DNA of 45,938 nucleotides. It comes from Acetobacteraceae bacterium (lineage in GTDB: Bacteria; Pseudomonadota; Alphaproteobacteria; Acetobacterales; Acetobacteraceae). Below, one piece after another: positions 8,213 through 16,845 of this stretch. Under the pieces are notes generated by a model. The model was not told where the DNA came from and made no database searches. It saw only the letters and a list, made by a program, of their open reading frames with translations. How positions within the stretch are numbered: the first letter of the stretch is position 1; each line of letters opens with the position of its first letter. The stretch lies in contig DATJEA010000248.1 of the NCBI GenBank assembly GCA_035497095.1, forward strand, positions 1-45,938. Reading direction: 5' to 3'. Both the position numbers and the translations under genes were made by a program.

Positions 8213-9385
8213 ATGATGGATCACGCTCCCGCCCGACCGGACGAGCATGCCGAGATCCGTGAGGAGGTGGCCAAGCTCTGCGCCGGCTTCCCAGGCGAAT
8301 ACTGGCGCAAGCTGGACGAGGTGCGCGGCTACCCCACCGAATTCGTCAACGCGCTGACCGAATCCGGCTATCTGGCCGCGCTGATCCCCGAGGAATATGG
8401 CGGCGCCGGGCTGCCACTGTCCGGCGCCGCGGCGATCCTGGAGACGGTGCAGGCAACTGGCTGCAACGGTGCCGCCTGCCATGCGCAGATGTACATCATG
8501 GGCACCATCCTGCGGCACGGCAACGAGGCGCAGAAGCGCACCTATCTGCCGAAGATCGCCACCGGCGAGTTGCGCTTGCAGGCGTTCGGCGTCACCGAGC
8601 CGACCAGCGGCACCGACACCACCAGCCTGCGCACCTTCGCCAAGAAGGAGGGCGATAAGTATATCGTCAACGGCCAGAAGGTGTGGACCAGCCGGGTGGA
8701 ACATTCCGACCTGATGCTGTTGCTGGCGCGCACCACGCCGCGCGACCAGGTAAAGCGCAAGACCGAGGGGCTCTCGACCTTCATCGTCGACATGCGCACG
8801 GTGCTGGACAAGGGACTGACCATCCGGCCGATCCGCACCATGATGAACCACAACTCCTGCGAGGTGTTCTTCGACAATATGGAAGTGCCGGCCGAGAACC
8901 TGGTCGGCGTGGAAGGCAAGGGGTTCCGCTACATCCTCGACGGGATGAACGCCGAGCGACTGCTGATCGCCTCGGAATGTATCGGCGACGCCAAGTGGTT
9001 TACCGCAAAATCAACCGCCTACGCCAATGACCGCAAGGTGTTCGGCCGCCCGATCGGGCAGAACCAGGGCATTCAGTTCCCGATCGCCCGCGCCTATTCG
9101 CAGATGCGCGCCGCCGAGTTGCTGGTGCGCGAGGGTATCCGTAAATTCGATGCCGGCGAGCACTGTGGGGAGGAGGCCAACATGGGCAAGATGCTTGCCG
9201 CCGAGGCGAGTTGGGCCGCCGGCGAGGCCTGCATCCAGACCCATGGCGGCTTCGGATTCGCCGAGGAATACGACGTGGAACGCAAGTTCCGCGAAACCCG
9301 GCTGTACCAGGTGGCGCCGATCAGCACCAATCTGATCCTGTCCTACCTTGCCGAGCACGTGCTCGGCCTGCCCCGGAGTTACTAG
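8213..9385 (+). CDS. Acyl-CoA dehydrogenase family flavoprotein
   Basis: 390 aa counted from ATGATG at 8213; the longer ORF from 7580 overlaps the divergent genes and was trimmed. ACAD hallmarks seen: AFGVTEPTSGTD, NGQKVWTS, GKGFRYILDGMNAERL and a THGGFGFAEEYDVERKFRE C-terminus. Confidence 0.9.
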   Translation: MMDHAPARPDEHAEIREEVAKLCAGFPGEYWRKLDEVRGYPTEFVNALTESGYLAALIPEEYGGAGLPLSGAAAILETVQATGCNGAACHAQMYIMGTILRHGNEAQKRTYLPKIATGELRLQAFGVTEPTSGTDTTSLRTFAKKEGDKYIVNGQKVWTSRVEHSDLMLLLARTTPRDQVKRKTEGLSTFIVDMRTVLDKGLTIRPIRTMMNHNSCEVFFDNMEVPAENLVGVEGKGFRYILDGMNAERLLIASECIGDAKWFTAKSTAYANDRKVFGRPIGQNQGIQFPIARAYSQMRAAELLVREGIRKFDAGEHCGEEANMGKMLAAEASWAAGEACIQTHGGFGFAEEYDVERKFRETRLYQVAPISTNLILSYLAEHVLGLPRSY

Positions 9386-9386
9386 C

Positions 9387-10514
9387 ATGGGCCGCCCGCT
9401 GGAAGGGTTGCTGGTGCTGGCCATGGAGCAGGCGGTGGCGGCGCCGTACTGCTCGTCCCGCCTCGCCGATGCCGGCGCGCGGGTGATCAAGATCGAGCGG
9501 GCCGAGGGTGATTTCGCGCGCGGCTACGACCAGGCGGCGAAGGGCTCATCGAGCTACTTCGTCTGGCTCAACCGCGGCAAGCAGAGCCTGGTGGCGGATA
9601 TCAAGAACCCGGACGACCTCGCGTTGCTGCTGAGGATCGCCGTCAAGGCCGATGTTTTCATTCAAAACCTGGCCCCAGGCGCGGCAGCGCGCGCCGGGCT
9701 GGGCAGCGACGAGTTGCGGGCGGCCAACCCCCGCCTGATCACCGTCGATATCTCCGGCTACGGCGATACCGGGCCGTATGCGTCGATGAAAGCCTATGAC
9801 CTGCTGGTGCAGGCCGAATCCGGCATCGCCAGCATCACCGGCCACCCGGCCGGACCGGGCCGCATCGGCGTCTCGGCCTGCGACATCGCCTGCGGCATGG
9901 CGGCGCATGCCGGGGTGCTGGAGGCGCTGATCGAGCGCGGCATCACCGGCGTCGGCAAAGCCCTGAAGGTCAGCCTGTTCGACGGCATGGCGGACTGGAT
10001 GAACGTGCCGCTGCTGTTCTGGGAGGGCACCGGCCGCGCGCCCGAGCGGATGGGTCTGGCGCATCCGTCGATCTGCCCATACGGCGCTTTTGCCACCAAT
10101 GACGGCGCTCTGGTGCTGATTTCCATCCAAAATGAGCGCGAATGGGCCGATTTTTGCGCCAGATTCATGCTCGAACCGGCGCTGCCGCAGCGTCCCGGCT
10201 TCGAGACCAACGTGATCCGGGTGGGCAACCGGCCGGTGGTCGACGCGCATATCGCGGCGGTGTTCGCCACCCTGTCGCGCGACGAGGCCGCCGCCAGGCT
10301 GCGCGCCGCCAACACCGCCTATGGCTTCGTCAACGGCGTCGCCGAGTTCGCCCGCCACCCGGCGCTGCGGCGCATCGAGGTGCAGACGCCGGGCGGCAAG
10401 GTGGCAATCGCCGCACCGCCGGTGCTGACCGGGGACGGCCCGCCGACGCTCGGCCCGGTGCCGGCAATCGGCGCGCACAACGCGCTGATCCGCGCCGATT
10501 TCGCCGCGCCATGA
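9387..10514 (+). CDS. Family III CoA-transferase (CaiB/BaiF/Frc type)
   Basis: The N-terminus is GLLVLAMEQAVAAPYCSSRLADAGARVIKIER and the length is about 375 aa. The ATG lies 1 nt after the ACAD stop. Confidence 0.9.
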   Translation: MGRPLEGLLVLAMEQAVAAPYCSSRLADAGARVIKIERAEGDFARGYDQAAKGSSSYFVWLNRGKQSLVADIKNPDDLALLLRIAVKADVFIQNLAPGAAARAGLGSDELRAANPRLITVDISGYGDTGPYASMKAYDLLVQAESGIASITGHPAGPGRIGVSACDIACGMAAHAGVLEALIERGITGVGKALKVSLFDGMADWMNVPLLFWEGTGRAPERMGLAHPSICPYGAFATNDGALVLISIQNEREWADFCARFMLEPALPQRPGFETNVIRVGNRPVVDAHIAAVFATLSRDEAAARLRAANTAYGFVNGVAEFARHPALRRIEVQTPGGKVAIAAPPVLTGDGPPTLGPVPAIGAHNALIRADFAAP

Positions 10515-11503
10515 TCGGGAGAGTTCGTGTGATCCGCATCCTGTCACTGCTCGCCGTGCTGGCCGCCTTCGCTGTGCCGGCCGTGGCCCAGCCGGTCACC
10601 GGCCAGTTGACCCTCTACACCTCGCAACCGGACCGCGACGCCGCGCGCACCGTGGCGGCATTCCGCAAGGTGCAGCCCGGCGTGCAGGTGCAGATCTTCC
10701 GCTCCGGCACCACCGAGGTGATGAACAAGCTGCAGGCCGAGTTCACCGCCGGCGCGCCGCGCGCCGATGTGCTGCTGATCGCCGACGCGGTCAGCATGGA
10801 GCGGCTGAAGGCCGACCACCGGCTGAAGCCCGAACCGGGGCTCGACCTGTCGCATATCCCGGCCGGCGCCTATGACCAGGACCAGACCTATTTCGGCTCC
10901 AAGCTGATCACCACCGGCATCGTCTACAACATCGCCGCCAGCATGCAGCCGACCAGTTGGGCCGACCTGCTGAAGCCGGCCGCCAAAGGTCAGGTGGTGC
11001 TGCCCAGCCCGCTCTATTCCGGCGCCGCGGCGATCCATATGGCGGCGCTGCAATCGGCGCTCGGGCCGAACTATTACCAGGCGTTGGCGGCCAACGGCGC
11101 GGTGGCGATGAAGGGCAATGGCAGCATCATCACCGCGGTCGCCTCCGGCCAGGCGATGTATGGCTTCGTGGTCGACTTCATGGCGCTGAACGCCGAGGCC
11201 AAGGGCTCGCCGGTGCGCTTCGTGTTCCCCAAGGAAGGCGTCTCCGCGGTCACCGAGCCGGTGGCGGTGCTGGCCGGCACCAGGAACCCGGCCGCCGCGC
11301 GCGCCTTCGTCGCCTTCATCCTGTCCAAGGCCGGGCAGGATCTGGCGGTCAGCCAGGGCTATCTGCCGGTGCGCGACGATGTGGCGCCGCCGCACGGCTT
11401 CCCGAAGCTGGCCAGCGTGCATCTGCTGCCGCTCGACGTGCCGGCCGCGATCGCCGCCGATGCCGCCAACAAGAAGGCGTTCGCCGCGCTGTTCGGCGGC
11501 TGA
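10511..11503 (+). CDS. ABC importer periplasmic substrate-binding protein (FbpA/Fe3+-type family-1 solute-binding fold)
   Basis: A signal peptide (RILSLLAVLAAFAVPAVAQ) is followed by LTLYTSQPDRD...FRSGTTEVMNKLQAE, typical of the iron(III)/thiamine/2-AEP-type binding protein group. ATGA overlap with the CoA-transferase stop. Confidence 0.8.
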   Translation: MIGRVRVIRILSLLAVLAAFAVPAVAQPVTGQLTLYTSQPDRDAARTVAAFRKVQPGVQVQIFRSGTTEVMNKLQAEFTAGAPRADVLLIADAVSMERLKADHRLKPEPGLDLSHIPAGAYDQDQTYFGSKLITTGIVYNIAASMQPTSWADLLKPAAKGQVVLPSPLYSGAAAIHMAALQSALGPNYYQALAANGAVAMKGNGSIITAVASGQAMYGFVVDFMALNAEAKGSPVRFVFPKEGVSAVTEPVAVLAGTRNPAAARAFVAFILSKAGQDLAVSQGYLPVRDDVAPPHGFPKLASVHLLPLDVPAAIAADAANKKAFAALFGG

Positions 11504-13233
11504 TGTCCTCCGGCGCGGCCTTGGCGCCAGGCCGGGCCGCCGGCACCGGCGTGGATGGCGGCGAGCGCGCGGTGCGCCTGGGGCTGGCGGCGTTCGTGGC
11601 GCTGGTGGCGTTCTGGCCGGTGGCGCGGCTGCTGGCCGAGGCGGTGGCGCCCGGCGGTCATCCCGGATTGCTCGTGCTGGCGCAGACCTGGGCGGCACCC
11701 GCCACCCGCATCGCCCTCGGACACACGCTGGTCGCCAGTGGGCTGGGCACGATACTCGCAACCCTGCTCGGCGCCGGGCTGGCGCTGGTGGTGGCGCTGA
11801 CCGATATCCGCGGCAAGACGGCGATGGTGGTCACCTTCATGCTGCTGCTGATGGTCGCCCCGCAGGTGCTGGCGCTGGCCTGGGCGCAACTGGCCGGGCC
11901 GGGCAGCCCGCTGCTCGGGGCGCTCGGGCTGGCGCCGCGGCCGGGCAGCCGCAACCCGCTGTATTCGCCGGGCGGCGTGGTGCTGCTGTTCGGGCTGCAT
12001 CATGCGCCGCTGGTGTTCCTAGCGGTGCGCGCGGCATTGCGCCAGGTGCCGCGCGCGTTGCTGGAGGCGGCCCAGGTGTCCGGCGCCGGGGCGTGGCGCA
12101 GCCTGCTGACCATCGTGCTGCCGCTCGCCGGGCCGGCCATCGCCGCCGGCGCCGGGCTCGCCTTCGTTTCCTGCATCGGCAATTTCGGCATCCCGGCGCT
12201 GCTCGGCATCCCGGCCGGCTACAGCGTGCTGGTGACGCTGATCTACCAGCGGCTGTCCGGCTTCGGGCCTTCGGTGCTGCCGGAGGTCGCGGCCATCGCG
12301 CTGGGGCTCGGGCTGATCGCCGGGCTGGCGCTGGCGCTGCAAGGCTGGCTGCGCGGGCTGATGCAGGTGGGCGGGGCGGATGCCGGCCCGGCCGCCACCG
12401 GCTGGCAGCTGGGGCGCTGGCGGCCGGCCGCCGAGGCACTGATCTGGGCGCTGCTGCTGGCAGCCCTGGTGCTGCCGCTGGCAGCCCTGCTGGCGCAATC
12501 GCTGGTGCCGGCGATCGGCGTGCGGCTGTCGACGACCACCGCCACCCTGGCCAATTACACCTATGTGCTGGGCGAGGACGCCGCCGCCCGGCGCGCCTTC
12601 ACCAACAGCTTCCTGCTGGCCGGGACCGCCGCCGGCATCCTGCTGCTGCTGGCGGTGCCGCTGGCGGTGCTGGGCGAATGGCGCCGCAGCCGCGCCATCG
12701 CGCTGCTGTCGCTGGCCGCCGAACTGCCCTACGCGCTGCCCGGCGTGGTGCTGGCGATGGCGATGATCCTGGTGTTCCTGCGCCCGCTGCCGCTGATCGG
12801 GATTTCGCTCTACAGCACCCCCTGGATCATCCTGCTGGCCTATCTGGCCCGCTTCCTGACGCTGGCCTGGCGGCCGGTGACCGCCGGGCTGGCGCAGGTC
12901 GACCGGCATCTGGACGAGGCCGCCCAGGGTGCCGGCGCGGGCTTTCTCTACCGGCTGCGCACCGTGCTGTATCCGCTGCTCGCACCCGCCGCCGGCGCCG
13001 GGGCGATCCTGGTGTTCCTCACCGCATTCAATGAGTTGACCGTCTCGGCGCTGCTCTGGTCGTCCGGTTCGGAGACCGTCGGCGTCACCATCTTCAGCCT
13101 CGACCAGGGCGGCGAGAGCAGTGCCGCCGCGGCTGTCTCGGTGCTGAGCGTGCTGGCCACGCTGGCGCTGATCGGCCTCGCCTCGCTGCTGGCCCGCCGC
13201 CTGCCGCCGGGGGTGCTGCCGTGGCGCGCGTGA
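11503..13233 (+). CDS. ABC importer permease, internally duplicated (FbpB-like, two MetI-type domains)
   Basis: 576 aa, highly hydrophobic, with two repeated permease halves. The start overlaps the binding-protein stop (TGATG). Confidence 0.85.
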   Translation: MSSGAALAPGRAAGTGVDGGERAVRLGLAAFVALVAFWPVARLLAEAVAPGGHPGLLVLAQTWAAPATRIALGHTLVASGLGTILATLLGAGLALVVALTDIRGKTAMVVTFMLLLMVAPQVLALAWAQLAGPGSPLLGALGLAPRPGSRNPLYSPGGVVLLFGLHHAPLVFLAVRAALRQVPRALLEAAQVSGAGAWRSLLTIVLPLAGPAIAAGAGLAFVSCIGNFGIPALLGIPAGYSVLVTLIYQRLSGFGPSVLPEVAAIALGLGLIAGLALALQGWLRGLMQVGGADAGPAATGWQLGRWRPAAEALIWALLLAALVLPLAALLAQSLVPAIGVRLSTTTATLANYTYVLGEDAAARRAFTNSFLLAGTAAGILLLLAVPLAVLGEWRRSRAIALLSLAAELPYALPGVVLAMAMILVFLRPLPLIGISLYSTPWIILLAYLARFLTLAWRPVTAGLAQVDRHLDEAAQGAGAGFLYRLRTVLYPLLAPAAGAGAILVFLTAFNELTVSALLWSSGSETVGVTIFSLDQGGESSAAAAVSVLSVLATLALIGLASLLARRLPPGVLPWRA

Positions 13234-14282
13234 CCCTCGCCGGCGTCACCCGCCGCTTCACCGCCACCGGCGCGGCGGCGGTCGATGCCGTCGACCTCAC
13301 CGTCGCCGATGGCGGCTTCATCGCGCTGCTCGGCCCGTCCGGCTGCGGCAAGACCACGCTGCTGCGGCTGATCGCCGGCTTCGAGCGGCCCGACGCCGGC
13401 CGTATCACCATCGGTGACGACGCGGTGGCCGGGCCGGGCGGCTTCGTGCCGCCGGAGCGCCGGCAGGTCGGCATGGTGTTCCAGTCCTTCGCGCTGTGGC
13501 CGCATATGACGGTGGCCGGCAATGTCGGCTATCCGCTGCGGGTCGCCGGCATCCGCGGCGCGGACTACACAAGCAAGGTCGCCGAGGCGCTCGATGCCGT
13601 CAGCCTCGGCCCGCTTGCCGGCCGCCGACCGGCTGCCCTGTCCGGTGGCCAGCGCCAGCGCGTCGCCCTGGCCCGCTGCCTGGTGATGCGGCCGCGCGTG
13701 GTGCTGCTGGACGAACCGCTGGCCAGCCTGGACCCGCATCTGCGCACCGCCATGCAGGCCGAGTTCTCCCGCTTTCACGCCCTGACCCGAGCCACCATGA
13801 TCTACGTCACCCACGACCAGGCCGAGGCGCTGGCGCTGGCCGACCAGGTGGCGGTGATGCAGCACGGCCGCATCGCCCAGCTTGCCCCGCCGCGCGAGCT
13901 CTACCGCGCGCCGGCCAGCGAATTCGTCGCCCGCTTCGTCGGCGGCGGCGCGGTGGTACCGGCGACCGTGCTCTCGGCCTCCGGCGACACCGCCGAGGTG
14001 GAACTGCTCGGCCTGCGCCGCCTTCTGCGCGCCGCGCCCGGCCAGCGCCCCGGCCCGGCTTTGGCCTGCCTCCGGCCGGAAGACCTGCGGCTCGCGGCCG
14101 ATGGCGCGCCGGCGATCTTGCGGGCGGCGCGCTACCAGGGGGCGACGACCGAGGCGGAACTGGAGGTGAGCGGGCAGACGGTCTGGCTGCGGACGCAGGG
14201 GGAAACGATGGGGGACCGCTTGCGTCTCGACGTCGTCGATGGGTGGGTGATTCCGGCAAGCAAGGAAGCGGTTCTTTTTTGA
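13221..14282 (+). CDS. ABC importer ATP-binding protein (FbpC/PotA-like)
   Basis: Walker A GPSGCGKTT, signature LSGGQRQRVALARCL, Walker B VVLLDEPL, plus a C-terminal regulatory or OB-like domain. The last 7 codons and the TGA stop lie inside the repeat half-element. The start is GTG 13221 or GTG 13230. Confidence 0.9.
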   Translation: MARVTLAGVTRRFTATGAAAVDAVDLTVADGGFIALLGPSGCGKTTLLRLIAGFERPDAGRITIGDDAVAGPGGFVPPERRQVGMVFQSFALWPHMTVAGNVGYPLRVAGIRGADYTSKVAEALDAVSLGPLAGRRPAALSGGQRQRVALARCLVMRPRVVLLDEPLASLDPHLRTAMQAEFSRFHALTRATMIYVTHDQAEALALADQVAVMQHGRIAQLAPPRELYRAPASEFVARFVGGGAVVPATVLSASGDTAEVELLGLRRLLRAAPGQRPGPALACLRPEDLRLAADGAPAILRAARYQGATTEAELEVSGQTVWLRTQGETMGDRLRLDVVDGWVIPASKEAVLF

Positions 14283-14299
14283 AAAAAGAACCAAAACAC
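14260..14299 (-). repeat. MITE-like element, solo half copy (B-type terminal module)
   Basis: The sequence is GCAAGGAAGCGGTTCTTTTTTGAAAAAAGAACCAAAACAC, with a perfect 10-bp A/T-rich hairpin. It is wedged between the convergent stops of the ABC ATPase (TGA 14280-14282, in the hairpin loop) and the uracil-DNA glycosylase gene (TAA 14301-14303). Confidence 0.8.
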
Positions 14300-14300
14300 T

Positions 14301-14957
14301 TTAATCCTTAAGGCGTTGTACAAGGGTCTTTACGACCTCCTCGAACATCTCGGTGGTCAGGCGGCCGGTGTTGGTGTTGTAGCGGGAGACATGGTACGAA
14401 TTGGCCAGGATCAGGCCATCCGGCAATTCATGCATCGCGCCGTGGCGGAACCGGATCCTCGACGGCGGTATGCCGCACGCCTTCAGCACCGCGGCATGCG
14501 CCAGCACGCCCAGCGCCAGCACCGCCCGCACCGCCGCCAGCCCCTGCAACTCACCGGCGAGAAACTGGTTGCAGGTCCTCACCTCCGCCGGCTGCGGCAG
14601 ATTGGCCGGCGGCACGCAGCGCACCGCGTTGGTGATGCGGGCGCCGTGCAGCACCAGGCCGTCATCCGGCTCGGCCAGATACACCCCCTCGGCGAGCCCG
14701 AAGCGCAGCAGCGTCTGGTACAGCAGCATCCCGGCATGGTCGCCGGTGAACGGTCGGCCGGTGCGATTGGCGCCCTTCACGCCGGGCGCCATGCCGACCA
14801 CCAGCAACCTGGCGTCGAGCGGCCCGAAACTCGGCACCGGCGCGTTGAACCACTCGGAATGGGCAGCCTGGTTGGCGGCGCGGTAGGCGACCAGCCTGGG
14901 GCAGAGCTGGCAATCGGCGGCCGGCGCCGGCGGCGCGGCGATGGTGCTGGTTTTCAT
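14301..14957 (-). CDS. Uracil-DNA glycosylase superfamily protein, family 5 (UdgB)-like
   Basis: Motif A is VVGMAPGVKGANRTGRPFTGD and motif B is SYHVSRYNTNTGRLT. The N-terminal CxxCPRL resembles the Fe-S ligand region of family 4/5 enzymes. Confidence 0.75.
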   Translation of the reverse strand: MKTSTIAAPPAPAADCQLCPRLVAYRAANQAAHSEWFNAPVPSFGPLDARLLVVGMAPGVKGANRTGRPFTGDHAGMLLYQTLLRFGLAEGVYLAEPDDGLVLHGARITNAVRCVPPANLPQPAEVRTCNQFLAGELQGLAAVRAVLALGVLAHAAVLKACGIPPSRIRFRHGAMHELPDGLILANSYHVSRYNTNTGRLTTEMFEEVVKTLVQRLKD

Positions 14958-15005
14958 GCCCCGAGACTGCCGCAAGGCGGTGCAGAAATGCTTAAGCCGC
15001 CCGCC

Positions 15006-15611
15006 TCAGGCGTGATCGGTCGGATCAACGAACGGCTCGGCCGGGGTCTGCCGCAGGACCGGCCGCGTGGCCCGCGGCTCCATCTGGCGGCGGGTGAACT
15101 CCGGTGCGATATCAGCGAGTTCCATGAACTGGTCAGCCTGCCGGCGCAGCTCGTCGGCGACCATCGGCGGCGCGGTGCGAATCGACGAGACCACGGAAAC
15201 CCGAACCCCGCGCCGCTGCACCGCCTCCACCAGCCGGCGAAAATCCGAGTCGCCGCTGAACAGCACCGCGTGGTCGATCTTGTCGGCCAGTTCGAGCATG
15301 TCGATTGCCAGCTCGATGTCCATGTTGCCCTTCACCCGCCGCCGGCCGGTGGCGTCGGTGAACTCCTTGGCCGGCTTGGTAACCAGCGTATAACCATTAT
15401 ACGCCAGCCAATCGGTCAACGGCTTCAGCGGGGAATATTCCTCGGTTTCCAGCACCGCCGAGTAGTAATAGGCGCGGATGACATGCGCCTTTTTGCGAAA
15501 GAATTCGAGCAGATTGCGGTAATCGACATCGAATCCAAGGTTCCGCGACGCCGAATACAAATTGGCGCCATCGATAAACAGGGCCACCCGCTCGTTCGGT
15601 AGGAAATGCAT
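15006..15611 (-). CDS. NYN/LabA-like (DUF88) domain protein, putative RNase
   Basis: It has ALFIDGANLY near the N-terminus, GNMDIELAIDM, and FSGDSDFRRLVEAVQRRGVRV, the PIN-like acidic residues of the NYN/LabA fold. I chose the start at MHFLPNE. Confidence 0.8.
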   Translation of the reverse strand: MHFLPNERVALFIDGANLYSASRNLGFDVDYRNLLEFFRKKAHVIRAYYYSAVLETEEYSPLKPLTDWLAYNGYTLVTKPAKEFTDATGRRRVKGNMDIELAIDMLELADKIDHAVLFSGDSDFRRLVEAVQRRGVRVSVVSSIRTAPPMVADELRRQADQFMELADIAPEFTRRQMEPRATRPVLRQTPAEPFVDPTDHA

Positions 15612-15774
15612 GGCCGGCAACCTTTCGGGCTGTGATGCGCTGGCGGATCGGGTAAACACGCGGCCCCGGACCCTGGGTTTGAACGGTTTTATGAATTGCG
15701 GCGGTTTGCGCCGACAGTCAAGCAGATGTCGCAGTCAGGGCGGATATTTGCGTTACACAGCCAAGGAGGTGGCG

Positions 15775-16281
15775 TTGGACCCGATTTTGATCGCACTCGG
15801 CGCCAATCTGCCCGGGCCGCATGGCGAAATGCCGATCGCCACCCTGCGCGCGGCGATTGAGGCGCTGCGTGGCCTGCCCGGCCTGCGGCTGCACTCGGTC
15901 TCCCGCTGGTGGCGCACCGCGCCGATCCCGCCGTCCGGCCAGCCTGACTATATTAACGGCGTCGCGCGGCTGGAGGGCGAGGCCGAGCCGGCCGCGCTGC
16001 TCGCCCGGTTGCAGGCGATCGAGGCCGCCGCCGGGCGCCCGCCGCGCAGTGCCGGGCGGGTGGTGAACGCGGCGCGCTGCCTGGACCTCGACATCATCGC
16101 CATCGGCAGCCGGCAACGCGCCGCACCCGACCCGATCCTGCCGCATCCGCGCGCCCATCAGCGCGCTTTCGTGCTGGCGCCGCTGGCCGACGTGGCGCCG
16201 GGCTGGGTGCATCCGGTGCTGGGCGTCACGGTGGAGGCGCTGCTGCAGGGGCTGCGAGACCAGCAGGCAGCGCCGATCTGA
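15775..16281 (+). CDS. folK: 2-amino-4-hydroxy-6-hydroxymethyldihydropteridine diphosphokinase
   Basis: It has ILIALGANL..., SRWWRTAPIPPSGQPDYINGVARLE, LDLDII and PHPRAHQRAFVLAPLADV. The TTG or GTG start is 6-12 nt after AAGGAGG. The long N-terminal ORF extension was rejected. Confidence 0.85.
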   Translation: MDPILIALGANLPGPHGEMPIATLRAAIEALRGLPGLRLHSVSRWWRTAPIPPSGQPDYINGVARLEGEAEPAALLARLQAIEAAAGRPPRSAGRVVNAARCLDLDIIAIGSRQRAAPDPILPHPRAHQRAFVLAPLADVAPGWVHPVLGVTVEALLQGLRDQQAAPI

Positions 16282-16384
16282 GCGATCCCGCGCAACCTTG
16301 CTGCACTGCAACCCTTGCACCGCCCGGCCGCAGGCCCTACATAACCCCCTTGCCTGATTTTGCCCCTACCCGGAGGTTGAGCGC

Positions 16385-16789
16385 ATGGCGCGCGTCACCG
16401 TTGAAGACTGCGTGGAAAAAGTCCCCAACCGGTTCCGGCTGGTGTTGCTGGCTGCCCAGCGCGCCCGCAACCTGAGCCGCGGCGAGGAAATGACGATCGA
16501 CCGCGACGACGACAAGAACCCGGTCGTGGCGCTGCGCGAGATTGCCGAGGAGACCATCCCGCTCGAGCAGTTGGAGCAGGACCTGATCAAGTCGCTGTCC
16601 CGCGCGCCGGAGCCCGAGCCGGCCGACGAGGAGGTGCTCGACCTGATCCCGACCGACCAGAACATCTTCGGCCTGCAGGACGTGTCGGCCGAGGAAGAGA
16701 GCATGACGCTGCCGACTGACACCGACGAGGCTTCGCCCGGCGACCTGGAAGCCGCCATCGAGGCGGAGCTCGGCGGCCGGCGGCGCTGA
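16385..16789 (+). CDS. rpoZ: DNA-directed RNA polymerase subunit omega
   Basis: It begins [30 protein letters not shown] and has an acidic C-terminal extension as in alphaproteobacteria. A GGAGG lies 7 nt upstream. Confidence 0.95.
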   Translation: MARVTVEDCVEKVPNRFRLVLLAAQRARNLSRGEEMTIDRDDDKNPVVALREIAEETIPLEQLEQDLIKSLSRAPEPEPADEEVLDLIPTDQNIFGLQDVSAEEESMTLPTDTDEASPGDLEAAIEAELGGRRR

Positions 16790-16845
16790 TCGGTATGGCC
16801 CGCACGGATCGTATCGCTGATCCGCGCAACGCCGGCTGAGCCCGC

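Noticed and set aside
8213-9385. Whether the ACAD plus family III CoA-transferase pair is the 3-sulfinopropionyl-CoA desulfinase system of organosulfur catabolism.
   Set aside because: The gene pairing and the neighbouring sulfopyruvate-decarboxylase-like genes make this tempting. However, the ACAD retains a glutamate at the IVD-type catalytic position, and I cannot verify the diagnostic residues by eye. It remains only a possibility to test.
16315-16343. A sigma-70-like promoter for rpoZ: TTGCAC-N17-TACATA.
   Set aside because: The spacing is right, but only 4/6 and 3/6 positions match the consensus. This is too weak to report as a feature without transcription-start data.
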